Below, one piece after another: positions 1 through 10,813 of a stretch of 64,000 bases of DNA; within the stretch, counting starts at the first letter, position 1, and each line of letters begins with the position of its first letter. The DNA is taken from the NCBI GenBank assembly GCA_965206695.1, contig CBDBKM010000008.1:125330-189329 (forward strand), in the 5' to 3' direction. A program made the translations under genes and the position numbers. Under the pieces are notes generated by a model. That model worked only from the letters and a program-made list of their open reading frames with translations. It did no database searches and was not told where the DNA came from. The DNA is from Chlamydiales bacterium. Its GTDB lineage: Bacteria > Chlamydiota > Chlamydiia > Chlamydiales > JAAZZY01.

Positions 1-2010
1 AGCTGAAATACATCCGGTTACTCCCATACTCAACATGTTAAAACTTTGACCTAATTGGCCCATGCGATCTCTGAATTGTCTAGCTTCATCCGTTGCTACT
101 CTTCCCTTTGTTCGTTTTTCGTTTAGGTTAGCTCGATTATCGGGATGTAAATATTTTTCAGCCACATAACTTCCGGGATCATTATTAACTTGATCCTGAA
201 TAGGATCGCCTTGTTGAATCCTTTTTGCACTTCCAACCACTTTATTCCGAATATTTTCAGGTAATTCTTGAAGTGCTTCGGATCTTTCCGGAGCCGGCTC
301 CACTCTATCTTTAAATTGACCACTATCGTCATCTTTAAAGGCACTAGGAGCACCTCGCCTTACGCCGGCTTGATCTATATAGCCCCTGGCAACAGCAGGC
401 TCTTGTAAAGTTTCTATATTTGCACGTCCTTTCGGAGTATTCTCATTGAATACCTCTGCATTTGCTTTCTTTCTAATCTCCATCTCTTGACGCTCTTTGG
501 CAAAGGCTTGTCTAGAACCCTTAGTTCGTGTTCTAAGAGTAAATGTCGATTCATCACGCTGAACTTCAACCAGCTTACCTTCGTCTCTTAGTCTCTCACG
601 CTCTCTTTTTTTTGCCGCCTTAACTTTATTCTGTAAATCATCAACCTTGGCTTTGGCATCACTAACAAAATCGGTTCGCTGTTCTACTTTTCTTAGGGAT
701 ACGGTTTCCGAACTGTTATAATCTTTAACTCGCCCTTCTTCCTCCGGGGTAATCATTCGATCACCGCTATAAATCCTTGCTTGAAGATCCTCAATCTCTG
801 TCTGTTCTTTAAATCGTGCTTGTTTCGTGTTCTCTCTTTTCCATTCATCGAGTTGCTTTGTCTCAGTTTCAGTAATCGTATTATTTGTTTTCTTATCTTC
901 TAATTGCTGAATCTCTTTATCTCGTTGCGCTTGCTCTTCCGGAGGCATTGGAGCGCCACCTTCAAGATCTTGAGGTGCAATCCGACCGTTCGCTGCTCCT
1001 CCACCTTCCATTACTGCTTCTGCCGCCGGTGTCTCAGCGATAGTACGATCCATTTCTGATAATTCATTACCATCATTAAGGTATGTTTTTTCCTGGTCAT
1101 CGATTCGACCCTGCATGGCTGCAGAAGCAATCGTAAAACTTCCGCCAATGATTTGGCCTGCTGCTGAAGCATACATACCGTTTGACTGTATCTGTGAGAG
1201 TTCGATAGCAGCTGAAGCATAATCTTGCGCTACTACCCACGATCCTTTTAATAAAACAATTAATGTATCAACAGCCATTGAAACCAATTTCATAACTAAA
1301 ATAAGCATTTCGGGTCCCATACTAACACCCAAAGAACTGACTAATGAGGCCGTCCAAGAATCCGGTATTTGAGCACTACTGCCTGAGCCGGACGCACTGC
1401 CGTCTTCATAAGCGGAATTTACGCCACCGGTTTCCGATGAACCTGCAGAAGCCGGGCTAGTATTCCCTAATAATATTTGTAATTTTATTCTTCCTGTAGA
1501 TGGATCCTTTTGCATCAAATGTGATAAAATTTGAGCTTGATCCGTATTCTGTACAGTTTGCTTTAAAACTGCTTCAACTGCTTTTGGGTCATCTGATGTA
1601 CGAAGAAGTTTTAAACTTGCTTCCATTAAACTATGAACTGTTCTCTCAATCAATGTTTTTCCTGAGCTGTCTTTTTGAAGTAAGGCTTTTAAAGCCTTTA
1701 GTTGCTCTTGAGTGAGGTGGCTATTTTTTTCATTTAATAGATAATTGAAAACGCTTTTTACAGCATTTGAAATAGCTCCTTCATATTCTTGAAAAGCTTG
1801 AGGATCAAATTTAATAGCAGATAATTCTTGTTTTGTGAGTGTTTTTGCATCAGCCACTCTGCGTGTCCGGCCCGAATAAGTATGACTCGTTTCAGTTGTC
1901 GTGTCCTTTTTACCGGTAGAAGTAGTCTCGTCCGATTTTAAAGCTTCTAGTGAAGTAACTAGATGCCCCTTCACTTGACTGAGTTGTTGTGGTGTTAATT
2001 GTCCTGACAT
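1..2010 (-). CDS. T3SS minor hydrophobic translocator, CopD/SseD-like; 3' end runs off the window (absent from the ORF track)
   Basis: ATG at 2010 with GGGAG RBS. Frame is open to base 1 (MSGQLTPQQ...MLILVMKLVSMAVDTL...AAGQIIGGSFTIASAA...FNMLSMGVTGCISA). Lies directly downstream of the CopB-like gene. Confidence 0.7.
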   Translation of the reverse strand, partial: MSGQLTPQQLSQVKGHLVTSLEALKSDETTSTGKKDTTTETSHTYSGRTRRVADAKTLTKQELSAIKFDPQAFQEYEGAISNAVKSVFNYLLNEKNSHLTQEQLKALKALLQKDSSGKTLIERTVHSLMEASLKLLRTSDDPKAVEAVLKQTVQNTDQAQILSHLMQKDPSTGRIKLQILLGNTSPASAGSSETGGVNSAYEDGSASGSGSSAQIPDSWTASLVSSLGVSMGPEMLILVMKLVSMAVDTLIVLLKGSWVVAQDYASAAIELSQIQSNGMYASAAGQIIGGSFTIASAAMQGRIDDQEKTYLNDGNELSEMDRTIAETPAAEAVMEGGGAANGRIAPQDLEGGAPMPPEEQAQRDKEIQQLEDKKTNNTITETETKQLDEWKRENTKQARFKEQTEIEDLQARIYSGDRMITPEEEGRVKDYNSSETVSLRKVEQRTDFVSDAKAKVDDLQNKVKAAKKRERERLRDEGKLVEVQRDESTFTLRTRTKGSRQAFAKERQEMEIRKKANAEVFNENTPKGRANIETLQEPAVARGYIDQAGVRRGAPSAFKDDDSGQFKDRVEPAPERSEALQELPENIRNKVVGSAKRIQQGDPIQDQVNNDPGSYVAEKYLHPDNRANLNEKRTKGRVATDEARQFRDRMGQLGQSFNMLSMGVTGCISA

Positions 2011-2038
2011 ATGGTGATGTCTCCCTATCTTTTAATAT

Positions 2039-2068
2039 GAGGCGAAAGCTTAATTAGCTTGCGCTCTC
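2039..2068. other. Intergenic stem-loop between the translocator genes
   Basis: Imperfect hairpin GAGGCGAAAGCT-TAATT-AGCTTGCGCTCTC with no U-tract on the coding strand. Confidence 0.45.
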
Positions 2069-2082
2069 AGTGTTATAGTTTA

Positions 2083-4470
2083 TTATCGAATAAGTAAATT
2101 AATCGCTCTCATTTGCGCTGCTATCGCTGCCGCCACTTTTTGTCCTTCATCTCCCAATGCTTCCATTTCTTTCCGGTATTGACCTTCCATAACTTTTGTG
2201 AAGCTCTGCGAAATTGCTTGCGATGCTTTAATTTCTTCTATACTTGCTTCGATTTTAGCAATCTCCGTCTGAATGTCAGCTATTTGTACTTGGATAATAC
2301 CCGACGTTATTTGTGCCGCTCCTTGTACCCCTTGACTGACAGCTAAAGAAGCGTATAAACCACCTCTGACCAATGGGCTATCAATCTTATCAAGTATTGA
2401 AAGTCTCCTTCCTGCAGTTTTCGCCGCTTTTCCTGTTGCTTCAGTTTCGACTAGCGCAGCGTGTTCGGCTTCTGCTTTTTTTATCGCCTTAAGATTCTTT
2501 CTTGCTGCATTTTGTGCATCTATTTCCGCATCGAAGTTAGTCATATTTTTTACATTGGAACCATCCGGTCCGGTGCCTTCTCCTCCATCGCCTTGTTCAT
2601 CCGCATTTTCACTTCCGGAACGGCTTGCATTTCGGGAAACATCTGCACCGTTTTCTATTACCTCAGCTAATGTAGGCTCAACTTGCTTCTCCATCTCAAC
2701 CAGTTCGAGTTGCAGTTCTTTTGCTAACTCTTGCTCTTCTTTAGTTCCTTTAAAAATCATTTGATTAATCGCTGTTTTCATAGCTGATAAGAGCCCTCCT
2801 ATTGCCCCTAAAACGACTTTAGTACCATCAGCAATTGAATTAAATGCATTCTTTAAAGCTCTACCCAGCTTAGATACTTGTTCTGATAAATTTGATATAG
2901 AAGCTATAGAAGCCAGTAACATGCAGCCGGCTGATATAACAGCTGCCCATATCATAAGACTTTTATTTTTTGCCCAAACTTTAGGATCAGTTGATCCGGA
3001 GCCTATCATACAAACGATATCTGACATTAGTCCGGACATTGACATATCCATAACAAGTGTCGAAAGTACGGTTTTTGCAGCTGCAGCAAGACCATCTTTC
3101 ATTAGATTTTCAAACGCTGTCTTCATAACAGCCTTAATAATTGATACAATAGTTTGTTCAGCAACTTCTTCACCTATCTCTAAAGCGGCTTCCAGTACTC
3201 CTGCTCCCATTGTAGCAATTAGCATAATAGCTGTCATAATAACGTCGGCTAAAACCTTTGAACCTGTTGCCTTAGCTAATGCAGCTGTAGCTTTGTCTAA
3301 AAGCCCGGTAGCTGCCACAAGTAACATCACTGCCAACATCGGCATATCACAAAGAACTGCTATAATAGCGCCGATAAATTCGAATGCCTGGATTATTTTA
3401 TGACACGTGCTTTGATGCGCTTGTTTATTTGCTTGATCTATTTCTTTTTGAGTATTTTTTTCAATTTTCGATAAGTTTTCCTTACCTAGAATATCTGCAT
3501 AGTGCATACCCGCGATGTCACTTTTATTGGAAATACTACCAAGTAGCAATAATAGCTTCTGAAGTATTTTATATGTCTCTATCTGTTGCTTAGCAGCATC
3601 ACCATAATTTTGATTACTTGGTATTCTAGGGGTTGATTTGCCGGACTTATCATTAGAAGTTGTAGCACCAAGTCCATTACCGCTAGTATTGGGTGTGCTT
3701 CCGGCAACCGGGATATCCGGTAATAACGCCGCCAGCTCCGGTGATGTATTTGCCGGTAATGTTATAGGATGTTTAGGCTCTCCTACATCAGATACTGCAT
3801 CGATGTCCACTAATGGAAATAAATGAGCAATATCTTTATCGGTTACAGGCTGAAACTTAGAAACATCAACTCCCGGTTTGCTTATAAGGACTTCAAGAAG
3901 CTCTTGAAATGCAATAACCGCTTTTTGTACCAATTCTTGATGTTTAACAGGATCCTTCTTAGCATCATTAATTAAAGCTTGCAATTCAGGCCTATTCATT
4001 TGGTTTTGTAAAACTCTACCCTTTCTAAATTGCTTTTCAATCATCTCAGCTAAAATGGTCTCTTCTGAAGCGTCTTTAAGAAGAAATGTTGCTAAGTTTT
4101 TTCCTTTTGCTGATTGAGGACCTAATCTCTGAATGTCTTTTTCAAGTGCTTGGGTATATTCTTCTTTAATTTGGCTTAGAGCTTTTCCATTTACTGAAAC
4201 CGGCTTTCCGGCATGAGATGCAAAAACTGTTTTTTCCGGAAATAATTTTCCGTCTTTCTCTATTTTTTCTTGTTTCTCTTTAAATTCTGCTAAATGAGCT
4301 TTTTGAGCTAAGCTTTTAGCAGAAGGAGTTACTTTACCTTTCTTTGGTACAATTACTTGTGACTGTTTTTCTGTTTTTTTTAATTGTTCTTTTGTGTCTT
4401 CTGTCGATGCTATTGTCGCGCTTACAACATGTTCAGGTTTCGTGTGTAAATTTGATTGTAGCTGTGTCAT
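2083..4470 (-). CDS. T3SS major hydrophobic translocator, CopB/SseC/IpaB-like
   Basis: 795 aa. Long hydrophilic N-terminus, central Ala/Gly-rich hydrophobic block (IIQAFEFIGAIIAVL...VIMTAIMLIATMGAG), C-terminal coiled coil (IADIQTEIAKIEASIEEIKASQ). GGAGG RBS. Confidence 0.75.
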   Translation of the reverse strand: MTQLQSNLHTKPEHVVSATIASTEDTKEQLKKTEKQSQVIVPKKGKVTPSAKSLAQKAHLAEFKEKQEKIEKDGKLFPEKTVFASHAGKPVSVNGKALSQIKEEYTQALEKDIQRLGPQSAKGKNLATFLLKDASEETILAEMIEKQFRKGRVLQNQMNRPELQALINDAKKDPVKHQELVQKAVIAFQELLEVLISKPGVDVSKFQPVTDKDIAHLFPLVDIDAVSDVGEPKHPITLPANTSPELAALLPDIPVAGSTPNTSGNGLGATTSNDKSGKSTPRIPSNQNYGDAAKQQIETYKILQKLLLLLGSISNKSDIAGMHYADILGKENLSKIEKNTQKEIDQANKQAHQSTCHKIIQAFEFIGAIIAVLCDMPMLAVMLLVAATGLLDKATAALAKATGSKVLADVIMTAIMLIATMGAGVLEAALEIGEEVAEQTIVSIIKAVMKTAFENLMKDGLAAAAKTVLSTLVMDMSMSGLMSDIVCMIGSGSTDPKVWAKNKSLMIWAAVISAGCMLLASIASISNLSEQVSKLGRALKNAFNSIADGTKVVLGAIGGLLSAMKTAINQMIFKGTKEEQELAKELQLELVEMEKQVEPTLAEVIENGADVSRNASRSGSENADEQGDGGEGTGPDGSNVKNMTNFDAEIDAQNAARKNLKAIKKAEAEHAALVETEATGKAAKTAGRRLSILDKIDSPLVRGGLYASLAVSQGVQGAAQITSGIIQVQIADIQTEIAKIEASIEEIKASQAISQSFTKVMEGQYRKEMEALGDEGQKVAAAIAAQMRAINLLIR

Positions 4471-4646
4471 TATTATTACCTCCCTAGGGAATCGGTATAC
4501 AAATTAATATTCTGTTTTATCTCCCCTCCCCCTTATATAAAGCTTTTTGGCTCCTTCCTTCTAATTTCCATTTTTTTAAGGTGTAGAACCTATCAATCGG
4601 GGACTTCCTTGTATCTGCTCTAAACTATTTTCTAATTCTGCAACTA

Positions 4647-5294
4647 TTAACTACCTACTGCCTTAATGATGGTTTCTAACCACCCACTACAACTTGATGT
4701 CAGCGAAGATTGTGCTTGTGATATATTCTGTCCGGCTGTTGTAAAGGTCTCAGATGCAGATCTATAGTTATCGCCCGCACTTTTAGCTTGAGATATCTCT
4801 TCTTGAAGTGTCTGTACGTGCCCCTGTGCCTTCGGATCAGACTTACTGGGGTTTAAGTGGGAAACCGCTGAGCTTAATTCACTCAGATATTTTTGCTGCA
4901 AAGCCGCCTTAGCTTGCACCTGATTGGTCAGTACATCTTTAGCAAATACAGAAGCCACACTAATCATATTTTGAGATGCATGTAGTATTTCTATCAGGCC
5001 TTTAATACAGGCTGTAAGCACATCTGCTATAATCGTATTTTGTATAAATGGGCTAATTGCATCAGTGTCATTAGTACTTTGAGTCGTTTTGCTATCGTTT
5101 GTTGAAACACCCGAATTGGCATTACCGTTATCTCTTTGTCCTTTCATCTTTGCTTTTGATGAGAAACCATCTGCCCGTCCCGGTAACGAAGATTCTTTTA
5201 GTGATGATATAAATGGACTTAGTTGCTTATCTGATGAACCGGCACCTGAATTCAACTGATCGATTTGTTGCTGTGTTCCCGATATATTTGTCAT
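4647..5294 (-). CDS. Putative T3SS-secreted helical protein (DUF720/EspA-like C-terminus)
   Basis: 215 aa, Ser/Thr/Gln-rich N-terminus, amphipathic C-terminal helix, same operon as the translocators. Confidence 0.5.
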   Translation of the reverse strand: MTNISGTQQQIDQLNSGAGSSDKQLSPFISSLKESSLPGRADGFSSKAKMKGQRDNGNANSGVSTNDSKTTQSTNDTDAISPFIQNTIIADVLTACIKGLIEILHASQNMISVASVFAKDVLTNQVQAKAALQQKYLSELSSAVSHLNPSKSDPKAQGHVQTLQEEISQAKSAGDNYRSASETFTTAGQNISQAQSSLTSSCSGWLETIIKAVGS

Positions 5295-5327
5295 TATTAT
5301 TTCCTCAATTATTTTCTATTATTCAAT

Positions 5328-7271
5328 TTATCCTGACATTTGTGCGAAAGCTTGGATCAATGCACTCCAATATGTACTCACAGCCTTTGTAACCATAGAT
5401 TCAAAAGATTCTACTTGCTTGTTAAAATCCGAAATTGACAATGACGTTGATGAGTTAGTACTATTAACGGTGGTCATTGCATTGGTATTTCCTGTCATCA
5501 TTCCTGAATAACTTGGACTTGGCTGAGATCCTGAATTGTCTGTTAAAATTGCATTTATGCCTGCTGTAGCGGCCGCCGGATCGGTGGCCAGTTCATCTAA
5601 AAAGTGTTTAATATTATTGCCGCTTTTATCTCCGGCCGTATCACAATTATCAATCCCGTCTAACATTTTTTGTAAGGTATTATTAACTGAGCCGGCGGTA
5701 CCGGTAGGTCCCCCGAATGCCGGGCCTGCTCTGTTCATTAGATCTTTAAGATCTTCCATTCTCTTTTTAAGATCCCGGGCAGCTCCTTGATTAGTCGGGT
5801 CTTCCATGATTTGATTTAAATCATTTTGTATAGCACCAATATCTCCCGAAGCTTGCGATAAAAGCTTTTCCTGGAGCGCATATACAGCTTCTTGGCCAAG
5901 TTGATTCTTTGATTGGTATTGCATCATAATTTTGCAAAGCAGGACAAAAATATTGTCATTACAGTTGTATAGCCAAAATACATCTGCCATGGCATGTGCG
6001 ATGTTTTCACCAAATTTCCCTGAAGATGTTCCGGTCATCCAGCTACCCAGTTCATTATTAAATCTATCTAAATATTTTTGTGCCGGATCTCCCTTATTTT
6101 GAGTCGGCAGTTCGTCCGGACCGGTTCCTAATGCATTAACATCTGTGACACGGAAATTATCAAAGAATGTTGTATTTGTACTCCCGTCTCCAATCATATC
6201 ATTTAAATCTTTCAATAAGCCTGCCAGATCCTTTTGCATATCCGGTGTTTGAATCCCAATACAAGCTTTCATCCCTTTGAGCATATTATTGATTTGACCC
6301 ATAGCCGCTTTTTCAGCTGCAGCCTTTGCAGCCGTTGGTGTCATCCCTTGAGCTATGTATTGGTTGTAATCAGAGATGTATTCTTTTTGCAAAATGTCAT
6401 TCATAAATTTTTTAAAGTTGTCATAAGCAGGATCAAATTTATTTGCCCATGGGGAAGGAGTCGGATCCGGATTACTCGGATCCTTCGGCGACATACTCGG
6501 ATAATCAGGACCTTTCTCAAATCCTTTCAAAGCATCACCTAAAAGCTCTTTGTATTTTGCAGCTAATCCCGGATTATTTTTAAATACGTTATCCAAATTG
6601 TTACTATACTCAAAACCAAGTTGTAAGAGTGTCATATAAGATTGAACCCCGTTACCTAAACCTTTAATATCCCAATTAGGATTTTGCATGAATGCCTGAA
6701 GGACTGTTTGGTACCATTTCCACCACTTGCTAGAACCTCTATCGGGTTTACCTGTTTTAGGGTCTACAGGTTCCTTAGGTAAACCATGCCCCGGATTAAT
6801 TGGTGGAATATTATCATTAATATTCGGAAAAGGACCGGCTCCTGCCATATCATGATAGTATAGGGTTCCTCCCGTATCCTTTCCGGCTAGCTTAGCGACA
6901 TCCGTTTGAGTCGTTACTTTAGTTGAAGTAGATCCTTTCACATCTGATCCGTTAGTAGTAGCTGATGTATTATCAGATCCCTCAGTACCGGACACTTTAG
7001 CCGGTACATTAGGATTAGCTTGATCTAATGACTTATTAGAGCCTAAAGCTTCCACTTTTCTCTGTTCGGCGTTTGGAGCCTCTACCTCATGTTCTAAAGT
7101 TAAATGCTTTTGTAGCTGCTTCAAGCTATGAGAGACTTGTAATAACTTCGCTGCATCGACTAGAGCAGCATTAGTGCTACCTTGATTAGCATCACCTTTA
7201 TTGATTTTTGCCCAATCATTATTGATTTTGGCATTGGTTGAATCATATTGTTCTTGATCAACTACTGACAT
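5328..7271 (-). CDS. Putative T3SS-secreted protein, possibly tip/filament-like
   Basis: About 647 aa from the ATG at 7271 (GGAG RBS). Low-complexity N-terminus, helical C-terminus, first gene of the operon. Confidence 0.5.
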   Translation of the reverse strand: MSVVDQEQYDSTNAKINNDWAKINKGDANQGSTNAALVDAAKLLQVSHSLKQLQKHLTLEHEVEAPNAEQRKVEALGSNKSLDQANPNVPAKVSGTEGSDNTSATTNGSDVKGSTSTKVTTQTDVAKLAGKDTGGTLYYHDMAGAGPFPNINDNIPPINPGHGLPKEPVDPKTGKPDRGSSKWWKWYQTVLQAFMQNPNWDIKGLGNGVQSYMTLLQLGFEYSNNLDNVFKNNPGLAAKYKELLGDALKGFEKGPDYPSMSPKDPSNPDPTPSPWANKFDPAYDNFKKFMNDILQKEYISDYNQYIAQGMTPTAAKAAAEKAAMGQINNMLKGMKACIGIQTPDMQKDLAGLLKDLNDMIGDGSTNTTFFDNFRVTDVNALGTGPDELPTQNKGDPAQKYLDRFNNELGSWMTGTSSGKFGENIAHAMADVFWLYNCNDNIFVLLCKIMMQYQSKNQLGQEAVYALQEKLLSQASGDIGAIQNDLNQIMEDPTNQGAARDLKKRMEDLKDLMNRAGPAFGGPTGTAGSVNNTLQKMLDGIDNCDTAGDKSGNNIKHFLDELATDPAAATAGINAILTDNSGSQPSPSYSGMMTGNTNAMTTVNSTNSSTSLSISDFNKQVESFESMVTKAVSTYWSALIQAFAQMSG

Positions 7272-7452
7272 AAACAAACTCCATGTTTTTGAATTTTAAA
7301 TCTTAAACCTTTGGACATATCCATATAATTAAGACCTAAATTTATAAAAAATGATATAAACTACTTATTTTAAATATTTTATTTATTTTAAGATTATAGT
7401 TACGTTAAGAGTGTTATTTATTTTAGTTGTATATGCATTGACTTATGTGTTT

Positions 7453-7481
7453 ATTATAGCAAATTATTTATTTATTGTCAA
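7453..7481 (-). promoter_or_regulatory. Consensus sigma66/sigma70 promoter for the translocon operon
   Basis: Minus strand reads TTGACA-ataaataaataatttgc(17 nt)-TATAAT, with a TGn extended -10. Confidence 0.8.
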
Positions 7482-7723
7482 ATAACTTATACTATACAGA
7501 ATCGCGTTATAATACATAACACGCGCAACATTAAACATATAATACAACTGCTATCAGTTAACTAATAAAATAACAATTTAGAAATATTCGTAATCTTATA
7601 TTTATTTACTAATTTTTCCGGTCAGTTTTATGAGCGAGCATGGGAATAATTATACTAATAAAAAATAACTAAAAATCAATAAAATGGTTTTTAGTTCTCT
7701 TGTTATTAAGGACTTATATTTTT

Positions 7724-8422
7724 TTAATCTGAGAGCTCTTCTTTAAGGCGATAACCAACCCCTCTGACTGTCTCGATCCAGCGAAAATTGGGGCCTAGTT
7801 TTTTTCTTAAAGAAGCAATATGGACATCGATATTTCGATCGACAATAAAAGCATCGTCATTTTGAATATCATCGAGTAACTGATTACGAGTTAATACCTT
7901 ACCTTGATTCGCTAATAGACGCTTCAAAATGCCGAATTCGGATAAAGTTAACGTGATATACTTCTCTCCTTTGCGAAGCAGGTAGCGATCGATCTCTAAA
8001 ACGAAATTTCCGAAATTTAATATCTTAGAGGCTTTTTGAGTATCTTTACCTCTTCGTAAAACAGCTTTGATACGTGAAAACAGCACCTTCGGAGAAAAGG
8101 GTTTAGTGACATAATCATCGGCGCCTAACTCCAATCCCAATACCACATCCAATTCATCACTTTTAGCAGAAATAATGATGATGGGGATATTTTTTAATTC
8201 CGGATTGCTTTTCATTTTACGACAAACATCAAATCCATTTTGTCCGGGAAGCATAATATCTAAAATGACTAAATCAGGTTTTTCTCTTTCTATCGCTCTA
8301 AGACCATTAATCCCATCAACCTCTACATGAAGTTTATAACCTGAGATATCAGCTTGCAATTTGATCAAAGCAGCTATATCTCCCTCATCTTCAATTAATA
8401 TGATTCTTTTTTTTTGGCTCAT
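7724..8422 (-). CDS. OmpR/PhoB-family DNA-binding response regulator (orphan)
   Basis: Receiver motifs IEDE, DLVILDIMLP, GADDYVTKPF; winged-helix DVHIASLRKKL...ETVRGVGY. Confidence 0.93.
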   Translation of the reverse strand: MSQKKRIILIEDEGDIAALIKLQADISGYKLHVEVDGINGLRAIEREKPDLVILDIMLPGQNGFDVCRKMKSNPELKNIPIIIISAKSDELDVVLGLELGADDYVTKPFSPKVLFSRIKAVLRRGKDTQKASKILNFGNFVLEIDRYLLRKGEKYITLTLSEFGILKRLLANQGKVLTRNQLLDDIQNDDAFIVDRNIDVHIASLRKKLGPNFRWIETVRGVGYRLKEELSD

Positions 8423-8559
8423 TTACATCTCCCCTTAAAAGACTGGAATGATTGCGATAAAAATCTTAAGCTAGAATAAAAAAAATGTTTAAGCATTTGT
8501 TAATATCAAAACGTATGTTTTTTTAACAGCGTTCTTAATCATTTTTTAAATAAAACAGA

Positions 8560-9154
8560 AGTTTCACGCAACAGAACTGTGTTATTAAAATAATTGTTTA
8601 AATCAGGGTATTATTTTTCTTTTTTGTTAAGGGAAAATGCCATTACATAATAATGCACAAAGAAATGATATAGCACCTTCACTCAAGCAAGCAGTATGAG
8701 ATATTCTAGCCTTGCGATGTCAAAAGTTTGCCCTGATACATTATCACATGACAGCATTAGCCGGTGGTTAAAGGACCAAGCATTCACTTGCGCGGCTATG
8801 GTTTTGTTACGGCTTTTAAGTTTGTGGCTAAAAATGACCGCATTGATTATGTGGTTACCAATATTGAAGAACCGAGTCCTAATGACGTTGAAAAAATCAT
8901 GAAGATTTGTTGGAAAATAGAAGTTTATCATAGAGAATTAAAACAAACTTATGGCCTTGAGCACAGTCAGTCTCGTAACGCACGAGCGCAACGAAATCAT
9001 ATTTATGTTTATTTATGCTTGGCTACACACATTTAAGTGAAGGAGGCAAAATCAAATACTTTTTTCTCAACAAGACCGGGAAATTATAAAGCCCGCTATT
9101 ACTTTGAAATATAAAAAATATTATGGCTATGCGTTAGCATTTATGCACGAAAAT
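8560..9154 (+). mobile_element. Internally deleted IS701-like remnant
   Basis: N-terminal SHDSISRWL joined to C-terminal IHLRGYG...WKIEVYHRELKQ. Imperfect terminal IR AGTTTCACGCA / TGCACGAAAAT. Homologous to 49355-49791. Confidence 0.7.
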
Positions 9155-9229
9155 TCTGTAAAATCTTTTTGACCGAAGCAAATCTATTATGGGATAGACA
9201 TTAAGATTTTTTTGTATAAAATTAAGTTT

Positions 9230-10729
9230 ATGACAAACTTAAAGACAGCTATTTTTATTACACTGATTCTTTTCTTAAGTCTTGTAGGGTATAGTTATTT
9301 TTCCTACGATATAACTTATGCTATCGATAAAGTGTATCATTTGTGGCTGCAACAAGAGTATCAACAATCGCATGAGAAACTAACCGATCTATCAAAGGGG
9401 CTAAGTCAGAGTGAGTATCATCTATATCGAGCCTATATATTCCGTGAAGAAGGGAGATTAGATGCATCTGATAGACACTTGAATCTTGCAACTAAAGAAC
9501 ATAACGATGATTTAAATGTTGAATTAGACCTCAATCATGTGATGAACGCTTACCTATCATCTGATTATGAGCTTTTCACACAAAAGATCAAGCAATTACC
9601 ACAAATATCACGCTACCAATCTTATGTATCATTCTTTTTAGGACTGCAAGCGTACCTATCAAATGATTATAAAAAGGCCTTGAAGCTTTTATCCGTAAAA
9701 ACATCTGATGCCCCCTCTTTATGGTTTGAAAAAGCCTTTTCACATGCTTTTTCCTCAAATTGGCAACAAACACATATCGCGCATTGCAATATAGAACTAG
9801 GAAAATATGTCCAAGCCAGAAACCTACTGGAACAATTAAAAAAGAATAGTGATAAAGCATTTCAAGATAAGGTATTTTTTTTAATAGGTCTTAGTTATTT
9901 AAAAGAAGCGAATGAAAAGCCTGTGAACGTAGCGATTCCGTATTATCATATTGCATTATCTTATTTTTCGTATTTGCCTTTGAAACAACCGGGTCTTCAA
10001 AATGAGAAAAATACAATTGCTCTTCACCTGATAAACTTTTCAAAAAGTTTACTCGATCATAATTTGTTTAAAGACGCTTCCCCTTTTATTTTAGCCTTAC
10101 ATGCATTCGATTCTTTGGCCTCCCCGGAGACTCTTAATATTAGTAATAAGATTGAAAATCTTATCGAAGATAAAGAATATTTTTTACAATTATGCAATAT
10201 GTTAAAAGCAATAAAATGTATTGAGCCTTTACGATCTGTACTCTATCAAAAATTGGAAGCCTTAGTAGAAAATACCAATGGAAGATTACCAATAGATAGT
10301 TATTGGACTATTGCCGAAATTCTCAGCAATCATTCGAATCTGAGTAAACCTTTGTTTATTCATACTGCTCAAGAAAAAATCAGACAATCTATTGATAGCG
10401 AAGTAGACTCCTTATCTGAAATATCACCCTATTTGTTGCTTTTCGATGATTTAGAAAAAGACGCAACTTCTCGCCTTTACTTTACTAAAGAGTTGATCTC
10501 AAAAGCTTTTCATCTTGTTAAAACCGATCAATCTAAAGCCCTACAATTAATATCGTTAGCTATTCGTATTCCTTTTTTAGATCAACGCGATGAGATGCAA
10601 CATTTTCTGGAAGCTCGCCTTATTAAAGATTATGAATATGCCCATGCCAATGAAGAGACACAAACGTTACCGGCTTTAGAAACCCTTTTTCAAACTTATC
10701 GTATAGCCATCCCTTCTTTCGAAGGATAA
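9230..10729 (+). CDS. Membrane-anchored helical/TPR-like hypothetical protein
   Basis: N-terminal TM segment followed by helical repeats; about 500 aa. Confidence 0.6.
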   Translation: MTNLKTAIFITLILFLSLVGYSYFSYDITYAIDKVYHLWLQQEYQQSHEKLTDLSKGLSQSEYHLYRAYIFREEGRLDASDRHLNLATKEHNDDLNVELDLNHVMNAYLSSDYELFTQKIKQLPQISRYQSYVSFFLGLQAYLSNDYKKALKLLSVKTSDAPSLWFEKAFSHAFSSNWQQTHIAHCNIELGKYVQARNLLEQLKKNSDKAFQDKVFFLIGLSYLKEANEKPVNVAIPYYHIALSYFSYLPLKQPGLQNEKNTIALHLINFSKSLLDHNLFKDASPFILALHAFDSLASPETLNISNKIENLIEDKEYFLQLCNMLKAIKCIEPLRSVLYQKLEALVENTNGRLPIDSYWTIAEILSNHSNLSKPLFIHTAQEKIRQSIDSEVDSLSEISPYLLLFDDLEKDATSRLYFTKELISKAFHLVKTDQSKALQLISLAIRIPFLDQRDEMQHFLEARLIKDYEYAHANEETQTLPALETLFQTYRIAIPSFEG

Positions 10730-10813
10730 AACCGTATAAAATCAAAAGCTATATTGAAAAAAACACGAGGCTCTACCCGGTATATTAATCAAGTAAACAA
10801 TAAGGGATATATA

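Noticed and set aside
123..6542. Short alternative-frame and antisense ORFs over the translocon genes (and similar ones elsewhere)
   Set aside because: Shadow ORFs of long genes with no RBS or motifs
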